A stretch of DNA of 55,241 bases from Catajapyx aquilonaris (Eukaryota): positions 1 through 55,241 of the forward strand of contig KZ538672.1 of assembly GCA_000934665.2 (NCBI GenBank). Reading direction: 5' to 3'. Position numbers and translations under genes: made by a program. Below the pieces are notes generated by a model that made no database searches, was not told the DNA's origin, and was given only the letters and a program-made list of their open reading frames with translations. Shown here one piece after another: positions 24,392 through 35,600 of the stretch (position 1 is its first letter; each line of letters opens with the position of its first letter).

Positions 24392-24595
24392 ACTTCCAGG
24401 AAGAAAAAAACATTGAGCATCAATTTTATTTTGCAGTCTGGTTTTCTCACACCACTTTTAGCAACATACACTACATGCTCTTATGTATTGTTTCTATTGT
24501 AGGACCGTTCCCATCATGACTGGTAGTTGGTCGGCGTCTCCCACAGCATTTCTGGCACCAACGTCTGAAAGGCAAACTAGTGCGTGGTGCAGGAG

Positions 24596-24629
24596 ATGAC
24601 GGAGCCTCATGCACAACCTTACGTTGTTG
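24596..24629 (+). CDS. Axn: Candidate start-bearing segment MTEPHAQPYVV (exon from acceptor at 24503)
   Basis: Acceptor tttctattgtag at 24502, in-frame ATG at 24596, donor G|gtgagc (phase 1) to 24702. The full model would be about 1006 aa. Confidence 0.4.
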
Positions 24630-24701
24630 GTGAGCTTAGCTTTCTGGTTGTTAAGCCTACAGGAATATCGGAAGGCACAATTGTTCATGGCATTTTTCCA
24701 G

Positions 24702-25139
24702 CTGGTGAGGATGTGCAGCAGCCTGCAGTGTCAGTTGCCGCAAGTGACGAACACATGGTGGCCCCAGCTTGGGAAGGACCAAGCAGTGGCTGCCACCAAG
24801 TTACACAGGGTGGCAAGGACATGCAGGGTAACTGCGAATTATCACTCAGCAGTGCCAATATGCTGCCTGCTGGAGATGGTGGACCTGAGAGCAAAGGTGC
24901 TGAATGCACTGGCACCAGTGCCACCACCAACCCCACCACTACCACAGCTTTGCATGTGATGGAGGAGAAGCCCTCAGTGAACCATCCCTGTCCTATTCCT
25001 CCAGCCAGTAGTCCAGAACCAGGGCAACAGAGAGAGCCACAAATTGAAGGAGAAGGTAGCCTCTCTTCCAACATGGCTCCATCTCCCCAGCGCTGTGAAA
25101 ATCCGTCCGACAAAAGTTTCTGCGATCAGTTGGGAGGAG
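24702..25139 (+). CDS. Axn: Candidate Axin N-terminal low-complexity exon (146 codons, phase 1-1)
   Basis: Open frame rich in S/P/E/G. Acceptor catttttccag. The strong donor GAG|gtaagt is in phase 1, matching the RGS-exon acceptor. No homology recognised. Confidence 0.6.
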
Positions 25140-25444
25140 GTAAGTGGAAGGAAAATTAAGAAGCCTTCGTATCATGATTTGGTTTGTTCTGCAATATTAA
25201 TAGTCAGTTGGCTGGATGTTTTATTATCTTGATTGCCATAGAGCAGTGGTTTTCAAACGGGGGTACGTGAACACGATTTTGGGGGTACGTGAAAGATATT
25301 GTGCAATGGCGTCCAGTCTCTACATTTTTGTGGGAACCATGTTATTCTGCTTCAACAAGAATGAACCAACTTGTGAGAAAAGCACTTAAAAATGGTCCTG
25401 CTCATTCTCATCTTTCCCATTGCTATTATTACGTACTATTATTA

Positions 25445-25560
25445 TTTTGGGTTATATTTTGGGTTAGCTTGTGGCTCCTGTCATCGCTGACTACCCCTTG
25501 TAGGGAAATGTCATGATGGTGGTGGTGGTGGTGGTGATGATGATGATGATGATTATTATT
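25445..25560 (+). mobile_element. RTE LINE extreme 3' tail fragment
   Basis: TTGGGTTAGCTTGTGGCTCCTGTCATCGCTGACTACCCC...(GGT/GAT)n, as at 34600-34670. Confidence 0.75.
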
Positions 25561-25989
25561 ATGTATTTCTACGGCGGGAATATCGACTTCGACACACTTC
25601 CATTCCTTAGCCATTGCCTGCTACACCTAATGGGATTGCAGGGTAACACCTAAAACATAAATGAAAAGAGGGTCAGGACACTTGGAGGGACGCATACCTG
25701 CAAGGATATTTCATTCGTCGTGTTTGAATCCCATTAGTCGGCAACTACGTTGCTTAGACCCACCATACCTACGATATAATAAATTATAAGCTTATTTAAA
25801 ATTTGAAATAATTTTGTAAAATTTTAATTTTGAAGATAATAATTTAATTAAAATTATTAAAATTTAGAATGCGTCTACCATCCTCCATAGTAACGTCACG
25901 TTTTTCAGCGCTCTGTATATTCATACATAAAGCCTTTAAACGGCCATTTTCTCGCATTTTGGTTAGGTTATGTCATCAACTCCTCATCA

Positions 25990-26170
25990 ACACCACCACC
26001 ATCATCATCATCATCACCACCACATTTCCCTGCGAGGGGTAGTCAGCAATGAAGGGAGATGCAAGCTAACCCAACATATGAACTAAATTAAAACTTGTGA
26101 AAATAAACCTATAAACAACCCGTCCCACCACCCCTGCCCATCTCAGATGACAGACACTGAATATTAAATT
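25990..26170 (-). mobile_element. RTE LINE 3' tail fragment
   Basis: Similar to 5480-5645. Confidence 0.75.
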
Positions 26171-26229
26171 TAAATATTACTGAGTTGAAAGTGATAGGTG
26201 CCACAAGTAAATTTTCTAGAAATAAGGAC

Positions 26230-26575
26230 TTCTGCCTGTAGGTTGTCTGTCTATTCTCACGTTATTGTTCCTTCACTTATGTATGGTAGTGAAGCATGGG
26301 TTTGGTCAGATAGGCATAAGGGTAGGGTGTTGGCTACAGAGATGCGTTATCTCCTGGCTGTTTGTGGGGTTATCAAGTTCGATAGGATTAGGAATGAGGA
26401 GATTTTGGAGAGGTGTAATGTTAAGGAGACTGTTAAAGATAAGGTGTGTAGGTCTACTCTAAGGTGGTTTGGCCATGTGGAGAGGATGGAGGAGGAGATT
26501 GTGAAGAAGGTTTATTTGGGTGGAGTCGTTGGTAAGAGGGGCAAGGGTAGGCCTAGGAAGACATGGTTGGACCAA
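26230..26575 (+). mobile_element. RTE LINE reverse-transcriptase C-terminal fragment
   Basis: LMYGSEAW...EMRYL...DRIRNEEI...[10 protein letters not shown]...[15 protein letters not shown] is typical of RTE-clade ORF ends. Confidence 0.9.
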
Positions 26576-28116
26576 AATTAAATTTTTCTCAGCCTCACTA
26601 AAATTTGCTGCATGTTTTGGCTTGTTCAGGCTCCTTGCTTTGGCCCGCCTTGGCCCAAAACCTGCCTGCCGGGATGGCGTCATGCACGACTACGTGCATG
26701 ACTAAATAAGCTAATTTATGTTTTTAAGCGTATAAAACATATTCTCCAGCTGTGTAATATTATTTTAATGCATGTAAGAACAGTTATTTTAACCAGTTCA
26801 TTAAGACCGGTGTGGAAGCCTGGCGCGACTGCCCGATAACAAGGAAAGGAAGGCCTGTACATAGGATGCCTCCTAGTAGGGTTGGTGCAACCCTCGGCCA
26901 CCTAGGAGCGCTCTTACCTGTAGGGGGCCCCTACGTAGGAGCGGGTTCGTGCAACCGGCCCTTAGCATCACTTTTGTGATTCGAATTTGCCCCCTTCTAC
27001 AGTCCCTGCAACACACATTATTGGCGGTTCGTGTGGCAGCAGTAGCGAATGCGCCCTCCCAAAAAATCAATACGTCCCGACCCGACTCCGTTCCAGACGC
27101 AGCCAGTGCCCCCAGTCACCACTCACCCTTCCGCCCCGATCAACCCTACTCCTTCCAAGTATTCTCCTTGGGGGTTAAGGATCGAAGAGCGTTTTTTTGT
27201 GTGTGTACCAACTGGTGGCACTTGTTGGGCTTGCCATGAAAACTGCACTTCGTCATGTTTCGGAAGTAGTGCAGGGTATTTGCCTAGTACTGGGACTGGA
27301 CCAAATCCCACGCTCACAGTTGGCAACAATGTATTTCACAACACACACACTCGAACCACCCAGGATTAATATACAGAACTGCACCACATCACTGTTCAGG
27401 TCCCAGTCTTTTCTGCAACTGGCAAAATGACTCCCTCAGATACCAGCTAAGCTCAATATATTTTTCTGGCTACAATGTACACCTGAGCAGCACATGTGCT
27501 GCACAATAGTCCTTGCCTTTTCCTCCATTTATCAGTCGGCAGAACTCCCATTAACAGCATGGTGGGAAAGATCGCACATGGTCTTAATTTAACACAGGCT
27601 TTTGTCTGGCGGAGAGATGAGCTACCCACAGGTGGTCATGTTGCTGCATGAGGTTACAATGGGATGGTTGGATTTTTAAAATCGGAAACATGAAAAAATG
27701 GTCATGTAAAATTTTGTCAGGCATTAGACATACGTATAACCTGTATTTGAATGAATTGTGTCATTTAAAAAAAAAATACACGCACACATTTTGAGAAACA
27801 AAAAATCTTTACCTTTGACCTGTCATAGAAATTCACTCTGGCTTGCAGGCATGCTTAGGGAGTCTTTGAGGATGCAATCCACTTATTTGGCTCCACGTCG
27901 TGAAAGAATGGAAAAAATGTAGTGGTGGGCTTTATAAAGATGTAGTTGCTAAGATATCATTCGTCAAGTGCATCATGCTAACCTCTAGGTTTTCTTGTCT
28001 CACGTAGTTGCTCTGGGCCAGACCAATGTACTTTTTGCTGTTGTGGGTAAACAGTTGTTGTGGTTTTCACTCTTAAAAAATGACCTGTAGGCGGGAGATG
28101 AAGGGTATGTACAGTA

Positions 28117-28384
28117 CACTGCTGGACATTAATTTTGTAGTACTGCTAGCGACATTTTCCAGCGACATTTTCCAATGTGGCAGAAGTGCACATGGAATTG
28201 ATGGAGTGCGAACCGTGTGAGCAAGAAATGGTAGGGCTTGGGTGACGTCACCGGCTGGGAACCTAGATGGTGACTTCAACCAAGGCCTACCATTTCTTAC
28301 TCACACAGTGCTCACACTGTTCGCACTCCATCAATTCTATGTGCACTTCTGCCTCATTGGAAAAGGTTGTAATGTCCAGCACTG
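28117..28384. mobile_element. Palindromic Tc1-like MITE
   Basis: CA(C/G)TGCTGGACATT termini flanked by TA, with long inverted arms. Same terminus as 38705-38988. Confidence 0.75.
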
Positions 28385-28600
28385 TATATGTTAGTCTAAA
28401 TAAGTATGTAGAAACTTGGTGAAAATTAGGATGACATCTTTACTTCAAGAGTGTGTAGTAGTTTAGTCTGTGGCACATTAACAATAATTATTGTTAATGT
28501 GCCACAGAGAGTTGTTAGGCTAGCTAGTTATCAAATTGAAAGTAAGAAACCACCCTGCAGATTTTTTGACAAATTGTCAAGATTTCTTTATACCTACCTC

Positions 28601-28822
28601 TGGGTCGAATTTTAAAATTTCGGTCCAGATGCAAAGTTTGCACTCCAGACTTTAATCTGGAGTGCAAATGGCTTGGAGTGCTTAATTTTTAATTGACTTA
28701 CTGGGTATAGCCATGTTTAAAAGCAGAGCCAATTGGAGTGCAAATTTTGCACTCCAAGGCTCAGTTTGGTGTGCAGATGACAATTTTGGAGTGCACCTTT
28801 TCATCCCAATATTTCGACCCTT
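28601..28822. mobile_element. Small TIR element with internal TGGAGTGCA repeats
   Basis: GGGTCGAA...TTCGACCC termini and repeated GGAGTGCA/TGCACTCC. Confidence 0.5.
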
Positions 28823-28955
28823 GCTATCCATTATGCTCATGCAGTGCTCATGCAACCTGGTGTTTCTGTTCTGAAGATGCTTGTACCCACAATTTTGAAG
28901 TTTTTAGTGTTGCCTAATGAAAATGGCAGTCTTACACATGCCTTTTGCCTTCCAG

Positions 28956-29664
28956 GAGGTTTGGTTGGAAAGGAGATGGGGGCAGAGGGCGATGAGATGG
29001 AAGGAGGAAGAGAATGGACACCACCTTCTGAATCTCCAACCCCTCCTTACCTGAGGTGGGCGAAGAGCTTGGGCATCTTACTAGATGATATGGACGGGGT
29101 GAAGTTGTTTCAGACGTTTCATGAAAAGGAGAATTTTGGACAAATACCACTGAATTTCTTATTTGCGTGCAAGGGTCTGAAAAAAACACCACCTGACAAT
29201 GTGACCAGCACAGTGCGACTAATCTACAAGAGATTGATGATGCATCTCCCACCAAATAGCTTGAAAGAAAGCACACGCAAAGAAATATGCGCAAAGGTTG
29301 CTGCACAGGAGATGTTGACTGCAGACATCTTTGACGAAGCTGAAAAGGAAATAAATATTCTCATCAACAACGCAATTTATCCTAATTTTCTACGTTCGGA
29401 AGTATACTTGGGCCACATCCAGAGCTGTCAAAATGGGTCAGAACCATCAAAATCCAGTGACTCAAGCCATAACAGCAGTGACCTAGAGCTTCCTACTGGT
29501 GGTGGTCGGTTGCCAACCCTTCATGAAGATGCAGAATTAACGTCATTGTCTGCACCGCAGTCAGTGGCATTGACTCTTACCAGGGACACCCTGCTAGCTA
29601 CTCAAGAAAGGCGAGCGTATCCTTGGTCAGGCGATGGCAGGCCTAGGGTGGATGCCTATGCTGG
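28956..29664 (+). CDS. Axn: Axin exon, RGS (APC-binding) domain
   Basis: [24 protein letters not shown]...FLFACKGLK...IFDEAEKEI...[11 protein letters not shown], then LPTLHED and [14 protein letters not shown]. Acceptor ttgccttccag (phase 1), donor GG|gtacgt. Confidence 0.96.
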
Positions 29665-32600
29665 GTACGTGTCTTGTTTAGGAGTGTAAGGAAGCTTGGA
29701 ATTTTTGTCAGAAAGCGAGGAGGGGAGGGGGGAATCCCTTCTGGGAAAATGGATTTTCCATGCAAATAGTGAAGAGACTTCTTGGCTTTTTATTGCTATT
29801 GTCAATATATGATTAACTTCTGTTTAATTCATTCTTAAAAATCTTATTGGGCACTATTCAGAGTCAGCAATGACAATTTTGTGCCGTGCACTGAACCACA
29901 CGACTGCTGTTAGTGCAGTACACTGCGAAAATATGATGTGGGGTCGTCTGTTCAGTCTAGCATGGACTCAACATAAAAGTGAAATTTTACATTCACACTG
30001 CAGAGTACAAAGCTAGTTCATTTCACCTGGTCTGCCAATTAAGCAGATTTTAAAGACGTGTTACAGGTGAAAACAGATGAGGGACTTTCTTTGGGTAAAG
30101 CCAAACTTTCAATCAAATGAAAAAGTTGTTTTATGTAGTCGTACAAATTCAGGTTTCCCAAGAAATCCGTCATTTGCAATTTTTGTCACCTCGGAAAACC
30201 AGGGAAAAATCTTTTCGCCTTCTGGAACTAGTTTTATCAAAGGACAGATGCATTGTTATATGTGGTTATGGATTGAAAGGTCAGGATTTCATGATTAAGA
30301 GACATTACGCAGGAAAGGGTTACATTACGAAGGGGTTGTGTTCAAGGTGTATAGTTTTGCACCCCTTCTAGGTCAGTCGTTCTCCAGTTCTGTTGACTAT
30401 GGCTCACTTGGAATGGCAAAGATCTTTGCTCCAGAACTTGCCTTTATAGATCTGCAAAATCAGCAAAGGATCCCCTTGTTGTCAAAACCTTGCTAATTTA
30501 TGCTCCAGGTGATGGATTCATGATAGCAGGCATGGGTTAAAATTGCACCCCAGCTACAACAGAAAACTCATTATACTGGATTCGATGTAGCAGTTGTACT
30601 ATGTGTGCTCCACATGCAGTAATTTACCTGATGGAAGGACTTTCATATATCACGGCTTATCAGACCATGAGAACCATTATTCTAGGTTACTTGCTCATCT
30701 GGAGAACATACCATTTAAACCTCTGTTAACAGGGAATGCAAGTCTTTTCTCGAACATTAGAACAGGAAATTATGTGTACTCCAGTAATGCTGCTCAGTGA
30801 TTCTAGTTGCAAGTTGTCCAGGATGCCTACCTTTGCACTTTTGCAGAGATATAAAATAATATGTCAATCAAGTTAACAGCGCAAGTGGGACTCGATGATT
30901 CAAGGGAGGTGTATTTAGCATATCATGACTGTGATTGATATTTTCATGGAAGGAGCTGCTTATGAAGCTGAATTGAGCGTAGTGTTTCAATTGAAGTGTC
31001 CATTTCAGTTTGGGACATTTTTGGGACACTAAGTTGCATATTATGTAGCTGTTTTTTCTTGGTTACTTTTTGGGGCTATTGAATATGTTAGCTATTAATA
31101 ACTGTTGAAAGGAAGAGCCTATTCAAGCCCTAGATTACAATAACTCTCCTAATTAAAGACAGTGACTTGTTTGGATTCCATTGGCATCTGAGATGAATAG
31201 TTGAACCCATTTTATCCAGACAGGCACGCCTTCAGTGGTTAAAAGTGATATGGTCATTGCACTTAATATCAGCAGCTTGCGTACAGGTAGCCAGCCCCCT
31301 GACACTTCTACCCCTCTTATGGAGACCCATGAGCTTATCAGCACACTCCCGTAGTGGGTGTTGCTGATTTGGTGCTCATGCCTCATCCTCTCACTAACGG
31401 GGATGGTGGTGGTCCTGGCAGACAATTACTGAAGTTGCGTCTAAAAGCACTTGCATGATATATCTTTTGCAAGAAGGTGAAGCATGAGCGCCATATGGGA
31501 AACACCCCCTGCAAGGGGTTGCACTGATAAGGGCACGCAATAAGAAGGGGAGTTTCCAGACCGGAGTATTCTAAGACCATGCAAGTAGTTCCCACTTTAT
31601 GACGTTTCACATTAACAACTTTTTCAGAATTGCCTTTAAAAAGTGAAAAGGGAATACACAAATTCCAAGTAAAAAAGTCAAAAGTCATACATCGCTAAAA
31701 TGCCTGAGTCCAAATGTGCAATAAGGGCTTCCTTTGGTTTTCCTGGTGCATTATAAATTAGTCTAATTTTACGACCCTGTTTTGCTGGAACTTCACCCCG
31801 TCGTAAAAAGGGGGCTACCTGTATTTGATAAGCCCTAAATGTAACAAAGTAACCGATTTACAATGAGCTGCTTAGTACAAAATAATTACTGACAGAAAAA
31901 TACATTTTAAAATGGATCACATAGTATGTTAATCACACCTTACTGGAATCCCAGAGTGTTTTAAATGTGCTGTTTCCTTGAGAGAGAGAGAGATGGGCAG
32001 GTAGCAGGAGTTGAGCACTCAGCCCTGCTTTACAGTTTTATTCAATTACCCTGTGTCTTGCCTTTCTCATTTTAAATGGTTGTGTTAAGTTGTAGAAAAT
32101 TTTTCTACTGGCATGCACCCTCCCCAACTTGCATGTGAAGAATATGTGGACATTGGCATTTTGTGTCTGGAGAGTAGTGTTTAGCAATAGTTTACATTTT
32201 ATATTCATGTCCACCTTGGTCTCAAAATGCTTGTGTTGTATGAAACGCTACACTTAAGTTTCATTCACTTGTATTTCTTGATGGCCCAAGTTGTATGCCT
32301 TGTCGAGATTAATGGACTCTTTAAGTTGCCAATTGAGAAGTATAGTATAGTTATTTCTGCACCACTTATTATCACTTGTGTTTACTGGCTGTATCATTTG
32401 AGCTTTTGCCTGCTTTGTTTTGCATTCAGGCACTACTTGCATCATGGACGCCCTCCCAACCCCTATCACATGACTTACGCCCCCTATAACCCTGTTTCAC
32501 GGCAAGATAGTGAGCTCCAGAGTTTGAGTTCGGAGGCACCAACAGAAGATGGGTCTCTGTAAGTACATGTTCCTTTTTTATCAAAGTGCATGTCCAGGGG

Positions 32601-35600
32601 TCAACTTGAAACAGTCTTGCCTCAGGCAATGCTTTGAATCAGCCCCCGGACACTCCTATACCTCATACATGGCTCCCCCTGTGACCTTAGCTCTACTCTC
32701 CCATCGAGGGGGTTTGCCACGGCCGGCACTGGGATCAGGAGCCAAGATAGGTGCGCCACCACTCCCGGGAATTATGAAGCACTAAGCTCGACTCCGATTG
32801 GCTGGGGTAGTATAGGAGGCCTTAACTGCTCCAGCCTATTGGTGTCGACCCATATGGTTCACAATTTCCCACTAGTGGTGGCGCCCCGAACTTGGCTCCT
32901 GATCCCATGGCCGCCCGTGGCAAACCCCTTCAGTGGGGGAGCATAGCTAAGCTCGTACAAAATAGCGGGAGGTGTCGGGGTGGCTGCTTTGAATATTCTT
33001 GATGTAAGCACGTTCTGTTTTGTTTTTGAGTCATGCTGGTCATGTAGTCTGGGTTGATTTGTAATTTCGCCAATGTTTCGTGTTAATTTAGATATGCTTG
33101 TGGGAAGTTACGCACGATGAGAAGGTTAAAAATCAACTTGTCGCCATTTCCCCCCACATGTATCACGGCTGCCATCTTGGGAAAATGACGGCCAAAAAAC
33201 GGTTTTCAATAGTATCTTTTTAACCATTCATTTTATGGAACGATATTTTGAATGAAACTTAAGGAGAATTAAAAACCACATCGAAAAGTACCTAATCAAT
33301 AATTTGATAACTAAACATTGAGCCACAAATGAGCGGACAATGTCCATTACTACCTTCGTTTGAATTAGCGTGGTAAGAATTGTTCAAAAATTGCGTGCTG
33401 CTGTAATTTTAACTATACTTTTGATCTGTTTGTGGGAAGTTGTTAAGGATGATAGGAACTTACAGGGGAGGAGAAGTGGCGCTGCGGTAACGTACGCGCC
33501 CACGGATGTAGGGGTCCCGGGTTCGATACCAAGCCCGGGCATCCCCCCCTTCATCTCGTGCAGAGTTGGGTCGTCTCTGGCTTCGTCTCGGGTGGGATTC
33601 CTTGAGACTAACCACCCGGGGGAGTGCACAAAATATACCAAGTGTAGACATTGCACATCCCCTCCTACTCTTCCCCCCTTCGCTCGCGGTACCCGGGCGT
33701 TACGGGAAAGGACTACTTGTAAAGCTTGTACATCTGAAGCATAATAAAGGTACCGTGCCAGATGCCCAAGAAGGGTGGTGCACTAACCCAATTATTATTA
33801 TATATTATTATAGGAACTTACAGGGTGTGTAGGTCTACTCTAAGGTGGTTTGGCCATGTGGAGAGGATGAAGGAGGAGGAGATTGTGAAGAAGGTTTATT
33901 TGGGTGGAGTAGTTGGTAAGAGGGGCAAGGGTAGGCCTAGGAAGACATGGTTGGACCAGGTGGGTCAGTGTCTTAAGGGTGTTGCTAGTGTTAAGCCGAG
34001 ACGTTCTTGTGTCAATAAGACCATGGACGTGGCTGAGGCTAGGGTTGTTTGTTTGGATAGGTGTAAATGGTGTAGGTTAATTAATGGGTAGAATATTCAC
34101 GGGTTTGTGAGGAATGGCAGTGTCCATTGAATTTTTCCGAATGGCTATAGAATGTTTGCAGGTTGGTGGGAGGAGTTGGCGTCGGGAGGTTCATGCTTGG
34201 GCTCTGGGTGCTGTGCAGAACTACAAGTTTGGCGAATATCTCTTGCACAGTAATGCATAGGTTGACACCGGTAGTCATGCTTGCAAGGGTGTCTGCCTCT
34301 CTCTCTGTCCTGTACAGCGCTTGGAGTTCGGGTGTGGATTTCCGTATGCTGGTTCTTCTCGCTGTCCTGTGGGTGTTCTGGTCGTTTGGAGGAGAATATT
34401 ATAGTCACTTGGAGGAATTTAACAGTTACTGATTCCTCTTCCGGGGGGGGGGTTTCTCAAGTACCGCGTTGCATAGTCATGTAATATTTATATTTAAAAT
34501 ATAATATTGAGAGTTTGTTGTCTGAGATGGGCAGGGGAGGGGGGGTTATATGGGTGGTTTATAGGGTGATTTTTACCATTTTTAATTTAGTTCATATTTT
34601 GGGTTAGCTTGTGGTTCCCGTCATCGCTGACTACCCCTTTATAGGGAAATGTGGTGGTGGTGGTGGTGTTATAGGAACTTACGAAATCAACTAGTCGCCA
34701 TGATTTTCGCTACCTATTGCAGCCGCCATCTTGGAAATATGGCTGCAAAAACCGGCATTTTTTGGCTTTACTTTTTGAACAGTTAATAATATCATAAGAT
34801 GACTCAAACATTGATAATGCAGTTTTCGATGCGGAATTCAATTCTCTTTTAAGTTTCATTCGAAATAGCTTTCCATAATATGAACAGTTAAAAAGGTAAA
34901 ATTGAAAAGCCGTTTTTTGCTGCCATTTTCCCATGATTCCGTCCGTAATACGTGAGGGGGAAAATGGCAACAAGTTGATTTTTAACCTTCTCATCATGAT
35001 TAACTTCCCACAAACAGATCAAAATTAACGGGAAATGTTAGCGAAGCGGATTTTTTGAACAAATCCGGCCGGACTAATGAGTGTGCTAGCTTAGTCTAGT
35101 GTAAGAATTATGTACAGACAGTGAAACACGACTTTGCTTGGCATGGGATGCCCGCCATTTGTCAATTCTTGAAGTCACTGGAAATACTGATTCAAAATTA
35201 TTTTAAATTTCATCCCAAGGGAAGGAATGAAAGTTGCACAGCACTAGAAATTCACATGCAGCTCACATACAAGAAAGAAATGTTGCAATGCATTAATGCA
35301 TAGCAAATGTTAGTTTATATATGGGAATTGCCTCATGTGTTCATATTTTCAGCAATGGAACATCAGGTAAACGTCATTGTAACAAAGGGCCGTGCAGGTT
35401 AGGACAGAAGGCATCTAAGACAAAGGGACCCCTAATTGCTGACCCAATGGCATCAGGCCCGTTCATTCCAAGAACGAGCAGGCTACCTGAGCAGCAGGTT
35501 GGTTGTTAAGCATTAGCGAAGCCTCTTCCTTCAGAATGTAACTGAATGTTGCATTTGCAGAAACGTCAGATGGAACCTGCAGAGTTTGTGAAAGAAGTGA

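Larger units (their letters stand above)
33046..35076. mobile_element. Long-TIR DNA element hosting a SINE and an RTE insertion
   Basis: GTGGGAAGTTA...GATGAGAAGGTTAAAAATCAACTTGT (33100-33200) is mirrored at 34910-35010. Termini TAGTC(T/C)GG. Confidence 0.75.

Noticed and set aside
28844..28955. 5' part of the 281-aa ORF as the Axin N-terminus
   Set aside because: It starts at GTG and lies upstream of a clear acceptor at 28955, so it is probably intronic read-through.
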